From Clostridia bacterium (GTDB lineage Bacteria; Bacillota; Clostridia; UBA1212; UBA1255), in the NCBI GenBank assembly GCA_017517275.1, contig JAFWZX010000033.1:3587-67586 (forward strand): 64,000 nucleotides of DNA, in the 5' to 3' direction. Numbering within the stretch: position 1 is the stretch's first letter; each line of letters starts with the position of its first letter. Positions 27,410 through 36,377 of the stretch are shown in pieces. The notes below the pieces were generated by a model, which made no database searches, was not told the origin of the DNA, and saw only the letters and a list, made by a program, of their open reading frames with translations. The translations under genes and the position numbers were made by a program.

Positions 27410-28738
27410 ATGAAATTAAAGAAGGACGTATCATTTTCTCATTCAGCCGTTATAAAGATTACGGATTCTATAGCGCAGGTCAAAACTGATTGCGGTCTTG
27501 AATATAAGGCTACGGGTTTTTTAAGTGTTGATAGCGACTCTTTTTTGATAGATAAGGGATTTTCTGTGACGTTAGATAGTAGGTTCTTAGCAAAGTCGTT
27601 TAACAGATATACGTTAAGTTACGTATCTGACTCAGCATTGCGTGGCCGTATTGTTTTTTTACAGGACGGAAAAGAAGTTACAGACCTTTTTTTCCTTGAA
27701 GCCGGAGCAAACGTTTTTAATTGCTTGATCCCTGATTATCTTGATGAAAAATACGGAAATGATATTGCCTCGCTTTCTTTTGAGAGTATTACGGGGAAAG
27801 CTGCTCGTTTTATTCTTTGTGATCTATCCTGTCGGAAGCATCGTGTTTACAGTCGAGATACGTATTTTATAGAGAATGATCGCTTTAAAGTTGGGGTTCG
27901 CCTCGTATGGGGTGGCGGTATTTGCTACATATCAGATAATCTTAATCCTGTTGACGGATTACAGAATTTAGTCAATCAAGCAGATGAAGGCCGTTTGATT
28001 CAGCAGTCGTATTACGGAACAGGGGAGAATGAAGAGTATTCTCCGGGATATTTTAATAACCATCGTTGGAGATATAATCCGGTGCAGGGTGGAGATAAAT
28101 ATGCAAATCATAGCAGAATAATTGATATTATAGACGGAGACGGCGGAGTGTATGTAAAGGCGCAACCGCAAGATTGGTCACTGGACGGAGCTATAACACC
28201 AAGCTACATGGAAAATACTTATACACTTACTTCTGATTTTATCTTTGTAGAGAATCGTTTCGTGGACTTCTCAGGATGGCAACATCCGCCGGCACATCAG
28301 GAATTGCCGGCCTTTTACACAGTTAGTTATCTTGATAACTTTAGACATTATGACGGAGATAAGCCGTGGACAAATGATTCTGTAACAGAACATCCGGATT
28401 TAGATTTCTGGGGGGATCCAAGATATAACAAGTATTGTAATTTTCCGCTAAAGCCCGGAAACACAGAGACGTGGTGTTGCTGGACAAATGATGCCGATAA
28501 CTACGGTATCGGTTTGTTCGTGCCGGGAATTGATTTGCTGCTGGCCGGAAAACATGCATATAACAAATCAAAAGATCCATATGATACAGCCTGTAATTAC
28601 GTTGCTCCAATAAAAGGTCTGAGACTTGAAACGTTTAAACCGTTAGAATACAGTTATATGATAACAACGGGTTCTGTAGAAGAGATAAAAAAGATTTTTT
28701 ACAACAATAAAGACTTTATAGTAAACGATAAATTTTAA
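27410..28738 (+). CDS. Hypothetical cytoplasmic protein, 442 aa, Trp/Tyr/Asn-rich (carbohydrate-active-enzyme-like composition)
   Basis: Strong RBS GAGGAG and no signal peptide. Blocks such as GRLIQQSYYG and YNPVQGGDKY look conserved, but I cannot assign a family. Confidence 0.6.
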   Translation: MKLKKDVSFSHSAVIKITDSIAQVKTDCGLEYKATGFLSVDSDSFLIDKGFSVTLDSRFLAKSFNRYTLSYVSDSALRGRIVFLQDGKEVTDLFFLEAGANVFNCLIPDYLDEKYGNDIASLSFESITGKAARFILCDLSCRKHRVYSRDTYFIENDRFKVGVRLVWGGGICYISDNLNPVDGLQNLVNQADEGRLIQQSYYGTGENEEYSPGYFNNHRWRYNPVQGGDKYANHSRIIDIIDGDGGVYVKAQPQDWSLDGAITPSYMENTYTLTSDFIFVENRFVDFSGWQHPPAHQELPAFYTVSYLDNFRHYDGDKPWTNDSVTEHPDLDFWGDPRYNKYCNFPLKPGNTETWCCWTNDADNYGIGLFVPGIDLLLAGKHAYNKSKDPYDTACNYVAPIKGLRLETFKPLEYSYMITTGSVEEIKKIFYNNKDFIVNDKF

Positions 28739-28743
28739 GACAT

Positions 28744-28777
28744 AAAAAAGCGGACCTCTATGGAGTCCGCTTTTATT
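28744..28777. terminator. Bidirectional terminator (orphan gene / gap)
   Basis: AAAAAGCGGAC(C)TC-loop-GAGTCCGCTTTT, with an A-tract and a T-tract flanking an 8 bp stem. Confidence 0.65.
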
Positions 28778-28805
28778 GTATCTGCTAAGTTAAATAATTA
28801 GCAAA

Positions 28806-29816
28806 TTAGTTGAGCTCAGCAAAGTACTTAATTGTTCTTACCATCTGGCTTGTGTATGAGTTTTCGTTGTCATACCAAGAAACAACCTGTACCTGTGAAA
28901 GGTTATCATCAATCTTTGTAACCATTGTCTGTGTAGCATCAAAGAGTGAACCGTATTTGATACCGATGATATCAGAAGAAACGATTTCATCTTCGTTGTA
29001 ACCGAAAGACTGGTTAGCTGCTGCTTTCATAGCTGCGTTGATGCCGTCTTTTGTAACGTTACCTTCAACTACTGCAACGAGAATTGTTGTAGAACCTGTG
29101 AATGTAGGAACTCTCTGAGCAGAACCGATAAGCTTGCCATTAAGTTCAGGAATAACGAGACCGATAGCTTTAGCGGCACCTGTTGAGTTAGGAACGATGT
29201 TAGCAGCTGCTGCACGTGAACGACGAAGATCGCCCTTTCTCTGAGGACCGTCAAGAGTCATCTGGTCACCTGTATAAGCGTGAACAGTTGTCATGATACC
29301 GCTGAGAATAGGAGCGTAATCGTTAAGAGCTTTAGCCATAGGAGCAAGACAGTTAGTTGTGCATGATGCAGCTGAAATAATTTTGTCTTCTTTTGTTAAT
29401 GTACCTTCGTTAACACCGTAAACGATTGTAGGAAGGTCATTTCCTGCCGGAGCAGAAATAACAACTTTCTTTGCGCCTGCTGTAATATGTGCGCTTGCCT
29501 TTTCCTTAGATGTGTAGAAACCTGTGCACTCTAATACAACGTCAACGTCATATTCGCCCCAAGGAAGGTTAGCAGCGTCTTTCTCAGCAAGAATAGAAAT
29601 CTTTTTACCGTCAACTGTAATTGAGTTATCATCAAAATCAACTGTGTGACCGTCATATCTACCTTGAGCTGTATCATATTTAAGAAGGTGTGCAAGCATC
29701 TTAGGACTTGTTAAGTCATTGATAGCAACAACTTCATAACCTTCTGCGTCGAACATCTGTCTGAAAGCAAGACGTCCAATTCTACCGAAACCGTTAATAG
29801 CAACTTTTACTGCCAT
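28806..29816 (-). CDS. gap: Glyceraldehyde-3-phosphate dehydrogenase
   Basis: [15 protein letters not shown] and the active site [12 protein letters not shown]. The start at 29816 lies behind GGAGG; the ORF-track start is 5 codons upstream. Confidence 0.92.
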   Translation of the reverse strand: MAVKVAINGFGRIGRLAFRQMFDAEGYEVVAINDLTSPKMLAHLLKYDTAQGRYDGHTVDFDDNSITVDGKKISILAEKDAANLPWGEYDVDVVLECTGFYTSKEKASAHITAGAKKVVISAPAGNDLPTIVYGVNEGTLTKEDKIISAASCTTNCLAPMAKALNDYAPILSGIMTTVHAYTGDQMTLDGPQRKGDLRRSRAAAANIVPNSTGAAKAIGLVIPELNGKLIGSAQRVPTFTGSTTILVAVVEGNVTKDGINAAMKAAANQSFGYNEDEIVSSDIIGIKYGSLFDATQTMVTKIDDNLSQVQVVSWYDNENSYTSQMVRTIKYFAELN

Positions 29817-29857
29817 ATTAAAAACCTCCAAATAATATATATAGTTTTAACTTTGTT

Positions 29858-29886
29858 ATTATACCGCGGGTTTTTCAAAAATACAA
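29858..29886 (-). promoter_or_regulatory. Candidate gap promoter
   Basis: On the minus strand: TTGTAT (29886-29881), 17 nt spacer, TATAAT (29863-29858). Confidence 0.45.
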
Positions 29887-29923
29887 TTGATATTTTACCT
29901 GCGGTATAAAGTTTTACTGTTTA

Positions 29924-30976
29924 TTAATATCTGTTAAAAACGTACTTTGTAATATAGTGGCACGGCTCATTTGCGCGAAGTATAGGGCTGTCCCATTCCG
30001 GGTGATTAATACTGTCAGGTGCAAATTGAGTTTCCAGACAGAAAGCAGTGCGGTAATTATACGTTTTACCATCTTTACCGGGAATATTATTTGCCATGAA
30101 GTTGCCGGAATAAAGTTGTACTCCGGGTTGTGTGGTATAAACTTCCATCTTAATGCCGCTTATGTCCCCGATTGCCGTAGCAGCCTTCTTAAGCTTGCCA
30201 TTGTCTCCCAGTACGTAGTTGCAATCATATCCGCCACCTGCAATAATATCAGGATCTTCTGCGCAACCGATAAGTCCGTCTCCGATTTTCTTTCCTGTTT
30301 TAAAGCTGATAGCAGGTGTCACCGGTTTGATCTCTCCTGTTGGCAAACAGGCGGAGTTAACAGGTGTGAAGTAATCTGCGTTGATCTCCAGATAATGTCC
30401 GTAGATATCACCGCTTCCGGCACCGTTTAAGTTGAAATATGCATGGTTTGTAGGGTTGAATACCGTATCTGCATCAGAAATAGCCTTGTAATCGATGATT
30501 AGTTCGTTTTTTTCAGTGAAAGAGTAGGTAACTGTAATTTTAACGTTTCCAGGATAGTTTTCACGCATATCAGGATCGAAATGATGAAGAACAATCGTAT
30601 CGGAATCTTCGCTATATGCGTCTACTTCCCAAATATAAGATTCGTAGCCCTTTATACCTCCGTGAAGGTGGTTTGCTCCGTCGTTTAAAGCAACCTGATA
30701 TTCTTTTCCGTTTAATGTAAATTTACCGGCACCGATTCTGTTGGCACATCTGCCTACAAGAGCACCGAAATAAGAGCCGTGATAGTCAATATAGCCTTGA
30801 ATGCTGTCCATACCGACTGTAACGTCAGTGAGTTTGCCGTCCTTATCCGGCACAACAATTGCACGGATAATTCCGCCGTAATTTAAAATCTCAACGTATG
30901 AGGTTGAATTTTCAATACGGTAACAAATAACTTCGCGACCATCGTCTAAACGGTCAAATAAACGTTCTTTAATCAT
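29924..30976 (-). CDS. galM: Aldose 1-epimerase (galactose mutarotase)
   Basis: 350 aa with GRCANRI, NHLHGG and NHAYFNL motifs. RBS AAGGAGAG. It overlaps the upstream gene's end by 8 nt. Confidence 0.85.
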   Translation of the reverse strand: MIKERLFDRLDDGREVICYRIENSTSYVEILNYGGIIRAIVVPDKDGKLTDVTVGMDSIQGYIDYHGSYFGALVGRCANRIGAGKFTLNGKEYQVALNDGANHLHGGIKGYESYIWEVDAYSEDSDTIVLHHFDPDMRENYPGNVKITVTYSFTEKNELIIDYKAISDADTVFNPTNHAYFNLNGAGSGDIYGHYLEINADYFTPVNSACLPTGEIKPVTPAISFKTGKKIGDGLIGCAEDPDIIAGGGYDCNYVLGDNGKLKKAATAIGDISGIKMEVYTTQPGVQLYSGNFMANNIPGKDGKTYNYRTAFCLETQFAPDSINHPEWDSPILRANEPCHYITKYVFNRY

Positions 30977-32831
30977 TTTGTAACTCTCCTTTTATATCTT
31001 TATACATATAAAGTGAACCTAATGCGCAAATAATATCGTCGCTGTCGGCAACTTCAAAAGCTTTATTAATAGCATCGTGAATATTTTCTGTTATATATAC
31101 ATCATCCTGACGGAATGTACCCGAAGCACAACTGTGGGAATTAATGAATTTTTGAGCAAGTTCCGTTGGATCCATTGCCCGGGGATTATCAGGACGTGTT
31201 GTAATTACTTTCTTTACGTGTGAAGCAAGAAGTTCTACCATAGAAGACACATCTTTATCTGCCATCATTCCCGTAAGAATTATGAATTTCTTATCTGTGA
31301 AGTATTTGGATAGGCTACCGAGTGTTGCTGTAAGTCCGTGCATATTGTGAGCTCCGTCGTATAAGAACAATGGGGTCTTGTTTAATATTTCAAATCTTCC
31401 AGGCCAGCTGACTTTTGCAAGTCCGGATACAATATTTTCACGTGTAATATTAAGCATCTCGGATAAAACTGTAAGAACCTCCAGCGCGATTGCCGTATTT
31501 GTAGCTTGATAAATACCGGCAAGGGGGATGGCTATATTCCTATAATCCTTATAATTGATAACGTTGCCGCTGATAGATGAGTCCAGCACTTCTATGCTGC
31601 TATCGTCCATTGTAATCAAACGGGCATTTTTTTGTCGGCAAGTAGCTTCAATCACACCGGTGCAGTCTTGTGTAGATACTACAACACCGTTTTCTTTAAT
31701 AATACCTGCTTTTGCTCTTGTGATGTCTGCAAGAGTCGGTCCTAATTCTTTTATATGGTCCATATCGATTTTTGTAATTACAGACACGAGGGGAGTGGAT
31801 ATTACGTTGGTAGAATCAAGTAAACCACCCATGCCGACTTCAAATACGACAACGTCACATTCTTTACGCATGAAATATTCAAGGGCAATCGCCGTAATAA
31901 GCTCGAATTCTGTAGGCGAATCTTTCATTTCATCTGCAAAAGCACGCACGTACGACGTTACCTGTGCCAGATCTTCATCTGAAATAGGTGTTGAATTCAG
32001 TTGTATTCTTTCGTTGAAACGATACATATAGGGAGATGTGAATAAGCCAACGTTATATCCTGCTGTTATCAGTACGGAATTGACCATTGAACAAACAGAA
32101 CCCTTTCCGTTTGTTCCGGCTACGTGGATAAACTTAAGTTTATCTTGCGGATTACCCATTTTTTTTGTTAATTCAGTAATTCTGTCAAGTCCCAGTCTGC
32201 TGCCTTTCCAGCTGACGGAATGAATATAAGTGGTTGTTGCCTCGTAAGACATTCTGTACCCAGGTGTCATATTTTTAATTTTCACCGCGCGAGCTTTTAG
32301 CAGGGCAAAGATTGCTACTGCTTCGACAATAGCAGTAGGTATGTATATAAGTGCACGTGTGCCCATAAACGACCAGAAAGCAATGCCCTCAAAGTTCATA
32401 AAGAAATAATTCAATATAGGTGTGGTGATGAGAATAGACGTGCATACGTGAGTAATCGTAGTAATTGATGTGAGTGCTGCAAGGGTGTGTTTTACTCTCT
32501 TTCTGCCATATAATACCACTCTCAAAAGCCATGGAATAATACCCATTAGAACAGGACCTACCATAAGAAACGGATTGTAGTTCGCAGGTGTTGTTCCTGT
32601 TAACACGGTTGCTCCTATAAAGTCTGCTGCAAAACCTACGCAGGCTCCGGCAAACGGCCCAAACATCAGGCTGGATATAATTATAGGTAAATTACCGAGA
32701 CTGATTCTGATTCCCATACCCACGGATATTGACAGATATCTTGATAATACAATACTCATCGCTGCAAGCAGGGCACAATAGACTAACACCAGCAGCGGAT
32801 TTTTCTTATTTTTCAGTAGTTTGTTTTTCAT
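30969..32831 (-). CDS. folC: Fusion ORF: FolT-like ECF substrate-binding component (aa 1 to about 187) plus folylpolyglutamate synthase/dihydrofolate synthase FolC (aa about 188-620)
   Basis: The N-terminal part has about 5-6 TM helices (LSISVGMGIRISLGNLPIIISSLMFGP..., folate-family S-component-like). The C-terminal part has HVAGTNGKGS (P-loop) and the Mur-ligase-fold FolC. There is no stop between the two parts. Confidence 0.75.
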   Translation of the reverse strand: MKNKLLKNKKNPLLVLVYCALLAAMSIVLSRYLSISVGMGIRISLGNLPIIISSLMFGPFAGACVGFAADFIGATVLTGTTPANYNPFLMVGPVLMGIIPWLLRVVLYGRKRVKHTLAALTSITTITHVCTSILITTPILNYFFMNFEGIAFWSFMGTRALIYIPTAIVEAVAIFALLKARAVKIKNMTPGYRMSYEATTTYIHSVSWKGSRLGLDRITELTKKMGNPQDKLKFIHVAGTNGKGSVCSMVNSVLITAGYNVGLFTSPYMYRFNERIQLNSTPISDEDLAQVTSYVRAFADEMKDSPTEFELITAIALEYFMRKECDVVVFEVGMGGLLDSTNVISTPLVSVITKIDMDHIKELGPTLADITRAKAGIIKENGVVVSTQDCTGVIEATCRQKNARLITMDDSSIEVLDSSISGNVINYKDYRNIAIPLAGIYQATNTAIALEVLTVLSEMLNITRENIVSGLAKVSWPGRFEILNKTPLFLYDGAHNMHGLTATLGSLSKYFTDKKFIILTGMMADKDVSSMVELLASHVKKVITTRPDNPRAMDPTELAQKFINSHSCASGTFRQDDVYITENIHDAINKAFEVADSDDIICALGSLYMYKDIKGELQND

Positions 32832-33562
32832 ACGATAAGACTGCCTTTCGCCTGTATTTCGGAGTCGACCAGATATAGTGGTTCGTTATTTGTTATAAAA
32901 TCCTTAAATTGGTGAACGTCTTCTATAGAATCCGGAATCACTAATCCGCCCTTTGCAAGATCCATCATCTGGTGAAAATCAGAACCTGAACTGAACTTAA
33001 GGTTGTTTTCTTTTGCCCACGTCAAGGCAACGTCTGAATGATTGTCATGACGTATATTACCGTTATAAACTTCAACACCGTCAAGGTATCTGGGGTCCTG
33101 TCGGTTGCAATATTTTCTGAAAGGATGAGCCTGATACATTACGGCATCGTATTTTGTGTGCAGTAACCGATAAAGCCCTTCTTGGTCCAAATCAAAAAGA
33201 TTCGGATTTTCATAGAAGAATTCTTCCGATAAACCGAAAAGCAGTATATCAGAAGGATTCGTATCAAGCAGAATCTCTGCTCCTAACATGACTTTCAAAG
33301 AAGGATGCCCCTCTTTTGCAAGCTTCTTTGCGTGTGCCTTGCAGTACTTGTACCCGGCAAGGTAGCAATCTATTTTATCTTTGTAATTTCCTTCAAATCG
33401 TGCCAAAATGTTACGTGAAAAATGATCGGTTATAATTATTGCGCCATACCCGGCTTTGATATACTCGTCTACAACTGTATGAGGCTCTACGTGCCCGCAT
33501 GGACTTACAGTTTTTGTATGACAGTGAGTTTCAATTTTCATATTACAATCAGCTATCGCCAT
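32828..33562 (-). CDS. PHP-domain metal-dependent phosphoesterase
   Basis: MKIETHCHT...IIITDHF at the N-terminus. The start at MAIADC (33562) lies behind GAGGTGA. Its stop overlaps the folT-folC start (ATGA). Confidence 0.7.
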   Translation of the reverse strand: MAIADCNMKIETHCHTKTVSPCGHVEPHTVVDEYIKAGYGAIIITDHFSRNILARFEGNYKDKIDCYLAGYKYCKAHAKKLAKEGHPSLKVMLGAEILLDTNPSDILLFGLSEEFFYENPNLFDLDQEGLYRLLHTKYDAVMYQAHPFRKYCNRQDPRYLDGVEVYNGNIRHDNHSDVALTWAKENNLKFSSGSDFHQMMDLAKGGLVIPDSIEDVHQFKDFITNNEPLYLVDSEIQAKGSLIV

Positions 33563-33702
33563 TGTCAGATCACCTCTATAAATCTTACCGCTAAAGTATA
33601 TCACATCATAAAAGAACTTCAAGGAAAACATGCTTGACATATAAAGAGGCAGTTCGTAAAATATTCACATATTTAAAGTACATAGATGAAAGAAGAAAGA
33701 AC

Positions 33703-34734
33703 ATGAAAAAAAAGAATTACGAACTTAAAATCACAGCTTTTTTACTGGCTTTGTTTGTTATGTTGGGTTGTTTTGTCGGATGCGGCGACTCAACCGATGC
33801 TGAACCTACGAAAGAGCCTGTTGTGACGGCGAAACCTACGCAGGTGCCTACCGCGGTCCCGACAAAAGACCCGAATGCGACTCCTGAACCGACACCTATT
33901 AAGTATAATGATCTTACTGAAGGAGCGAACGTTACCATTGAAGCTAACGTTGTCGAAGATACATTCGACCCGGAATACGCAATAGATGATGATGAATCTA
34001 CTCGTTGGAGCGGTATCGGCACTTATACTGATGAGGGAGATTGGAGAAAGCTTACTATTGATCTTGGTGCAGAATATGAGATTGGCATGTTCTATTTCAT
34101 GTTTCAGTCTTTCCAGAATTCATATAAAATAATGTATAAGACAGAATCTGATGAAGAATGGCAGGATCTGATTACGCGTAAAGCGCCTGTTGACCTTATG
34201 GACGAATTCGTAGTTCCTAAGACGAAGGCACGATACATCATGTTTACAACAGAGAGCACAGGTTTTTGCAGCATATTTGAACTTGACATTTACGAATACA
34301 ATGAAAACATGAAAGTCGAGGAGGAGACTCCGTCTGACGTTAATATTGCATTAGGTAAAACGGCTACTTCAGATAACAGACCTGAAAATCAGACATATTT
34401 ACCTGAATTTGCCATAGACGGTGACATTCTGACTCGCTGGGCGCCTATGCCGGGAACTGCAGATGATACTATCACATGGGTTCTTGATTTAGGTCAGGTA
34501 TATGAGCTTGATTATATTTCTATAAGCTTTGAATCATGTCAATCAGAGTTTGTAATTGAGATTTGCGACACGGCTGACGGGGAATATAAGATAATCGAGG
34601 AAGGATATCCGTTAGACAGTGTTGTTGAGCCATATGAGATAACAAATATCGGACAAAGTGCCAGATATATCAGATACAGAAGAGCCGGCGGCGCATGGGG
34701 CAGCTTTTATGAATTCTGTGTCTATGCTAAATAA
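33703..34734 (+). CDS. Lipoprotein with two F5/8 type C (discoidin/CBM32-like) domains
   Basis: Lipobox GCFVGC-GD and a Pro/Thr linker. It carries two copies of the AIDD..STRWSG / AIDGD.LTRWAP discoidin signature. Confidence 0.7.
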   Translation: MKKKNYELKITAFLLALFVMLGCFVGCGDSTDAEPTKEPVVTAKPTQVPTAVPTKDPNATPEPTPIKYNDLTEGANVTIEANVVEDTFDPEYAIDDDESTRWSGIGTYTDEGDWRKLTIDLGAEYEIGMFYFMFQSFQNSYKIMYKTESDEEWQDLITRKAPVDLMDEFVVPKTKARYIMFTTESTGFCSIFELDIYEYNENMKVEEETPSDVNIALGKTATSDNRPENQTYLPEFAIDGDILTRWAPMPGTADDTITWVLDLGQVYELDYISISFESCQSEFVIEICDTADGEYKIIEEGYPLDSVVEPYEITNIGQSARYIRYRRAGGAWGSFYEFCVYAK

Positions 34735-34749
34735 AGGATATAAACGAAT

Positions 34750-36300
34750 ATGCACATTTGGATTAGGTATAATTCAGAACAGGTTATGACAAATACTCGC
34801 TACGATAAATATGATCGTAGAGATATTGTTCTTCATTCCGGTAGGAATATGGATACTTCATGTCAACTTTGTATGAGAAATGAAGATGATTTTACCGTTA
34901 ATGACGTGGTTGTTAATGGCTTTATACCGGAAGGAGTATCGTTTGACTATAACTTTTGTGATACGATTACGTATAATGATGCAGTTCCGTATCCTGATAT
35001 TATTTCTGCTTCACGTGAAAAAAAGGTGCTGTCTCATACCACCTGCATAATTATTCTATCTTTTCACGTTGATAAAAATGCTGAAGTAGGGAAATTTCTG
35101 TTTCCTGTAGTAGTGAAAACAAGTACCGGGGATTTTTCAGCAGAAGTATCGGTAAATATACATAAGGCTACTATCCCGGAACCGGCGGAATCTGATATAG
35201 GACATGAATATTTTTTCACTGCCAGAGCATATTTTCCTATGGATGGGACTGTAGCTAAGAGTCATGGTACAATTCTCAGATATTCAGATCAATGGGAAGA
35301 CTTGATGATTAATTATGCAAAGGCAATGAAATTTTTGAGGGCAAACAGCTTGTGGGTGCCGGTTGTTGAATTCCTTGCTGACGCAGGATCTAAAAGAGTT
35401 TCAAAATATAAATGGGAATTTGATTTCAGTATAGTAGACAGAGTAATTGATATCTTTCTGCAAAATGGAAGTTTTAAATTTATTACAATTACCGCAGCTA
35501 TAGCAGCTGTTGACGGAAATAACATACAGGGTATTAATGAAGACGGCAATTTATGCCGTTTTGATATTCCGGGAGAAGACGGACAATTATGGGCAGAGGC
35601 ATATTATTCTGCAATCTATAATCATTTTAAGGAACGCGACCTGCTTCATATGCTCAGAATGCATCTTCAGGATGAACCACACAAGTCTGTACATTGGAAA
35701 TGGGCAAGAGATATATGCCGGGATGTTATGCCTGACGTCATATGCGGGGAGCCTATTGATACTCATAATATAAGTAAGGAATTACAATCATACGCAGATT
35801 GGTATATTCCGCGCCTTGAGGTTTATCAGCAGGATCCTGTTTTCTACCATGATCAGGTTAAAGACGGCTGCGAGCTATGGGTATATTCCTGTTGTTTTCC
35901 TGAAGAACACTGGTGGCTAAACAAATTTGTTGATCAGCCTCACGTATATTCGAGACTTATCAAGTATGCGTGCTTCTCACAGAATATTACAGGATTCCTG
36001 CATTGGGGCTTTAACTCTTATAAAGCAGATATGTACGGCTTACATACGGCTGCAAGATTTAAGGGTGACGGACACATCATATATCCTGATGATATAAACA
36101 ATAATGTCTTGATGTCTGTAAGAGGTCTGGAAACAAAAGCCGGTCTGCAGGATTGGGAATTGTTGATAATGTTAAAGAAAATCAATCCAAAAGCTGCGCG
36201 TGATATTTCAAGCTCTGTTGCAAAAAGCTTTAGTGATTTTTCACATGATGCAAAGGCTCCGGAGAGGGCAAGAGAGACGATACTTAGTTTATTGGATTGA
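34750..36300 (+). CDS. DUF4091-domain protein (GH123-like putative glycoside hydrolase), cytoplasmic
   Basis: 516 aa with no signal peptide. It has ...HLQDEPH..., WWLNKFVDQP and GFLHWGFN blocks, which I recall from DUF4091/GH123 proteins. Confidence 0.6.
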   Translation: MHIWIRYNSEQVMTNTRYDKYDRRDIVLHSGRNMDTSCQLCMRNEDDFTVNDVVVNGFIPEGVSFDYNFCDTITYNDAVPYPDIISASREKKVLSHTTCIIILSFHVDKNAEVGKFLFPVVVKTSTGDFSAEVSVNIHKATIPEPAESDIGHEYFFTARAYFPMDGTVAKSHGTILRYSDQWEDLMINYAKAMKFLRANSLWVPVVEFLADAGSKRVSKYKWEFDFSIVDRVIDIFLQNGSFKFITITAAIAAVDGNNIQGINEDGNLCRFDIPGEDGQLWAEAYYSAIYNHFKERDLLHMLRMHLQDEPHKSVHWKWARDICRDVMPDVICGEPIDTHNISKELQSYADWYIPRLEVYQQDPVFYHDQVKDGCELWVYSCCFPEEHWWLNKFVDQPHVYSRLIKYACFSQNITGFLHWGFNSYKADMYGLHTAARFKGDGHIIYPDDINNNVLMSVRGLETKAGLQDWELLIMLKKINPKAARDISSSVAKSFSDFSHDAKAPERARETILSLLD

Positions 36301-36377
36301 GTCTTGACGAAAAGGCTATCTGTGATATAAAATTAAAAAAATAATTAATGGTACAAGGAAAATGGAGACTAGAGAAT

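Noticed and set aside
29957-30430. 157-aa ORF antisense to galM, and similarly 31555..32031 antisense to folC
   Set aside because: These are shadow ORFs inside well-supported genes. They have no RBS and a composition that is not protein-like.
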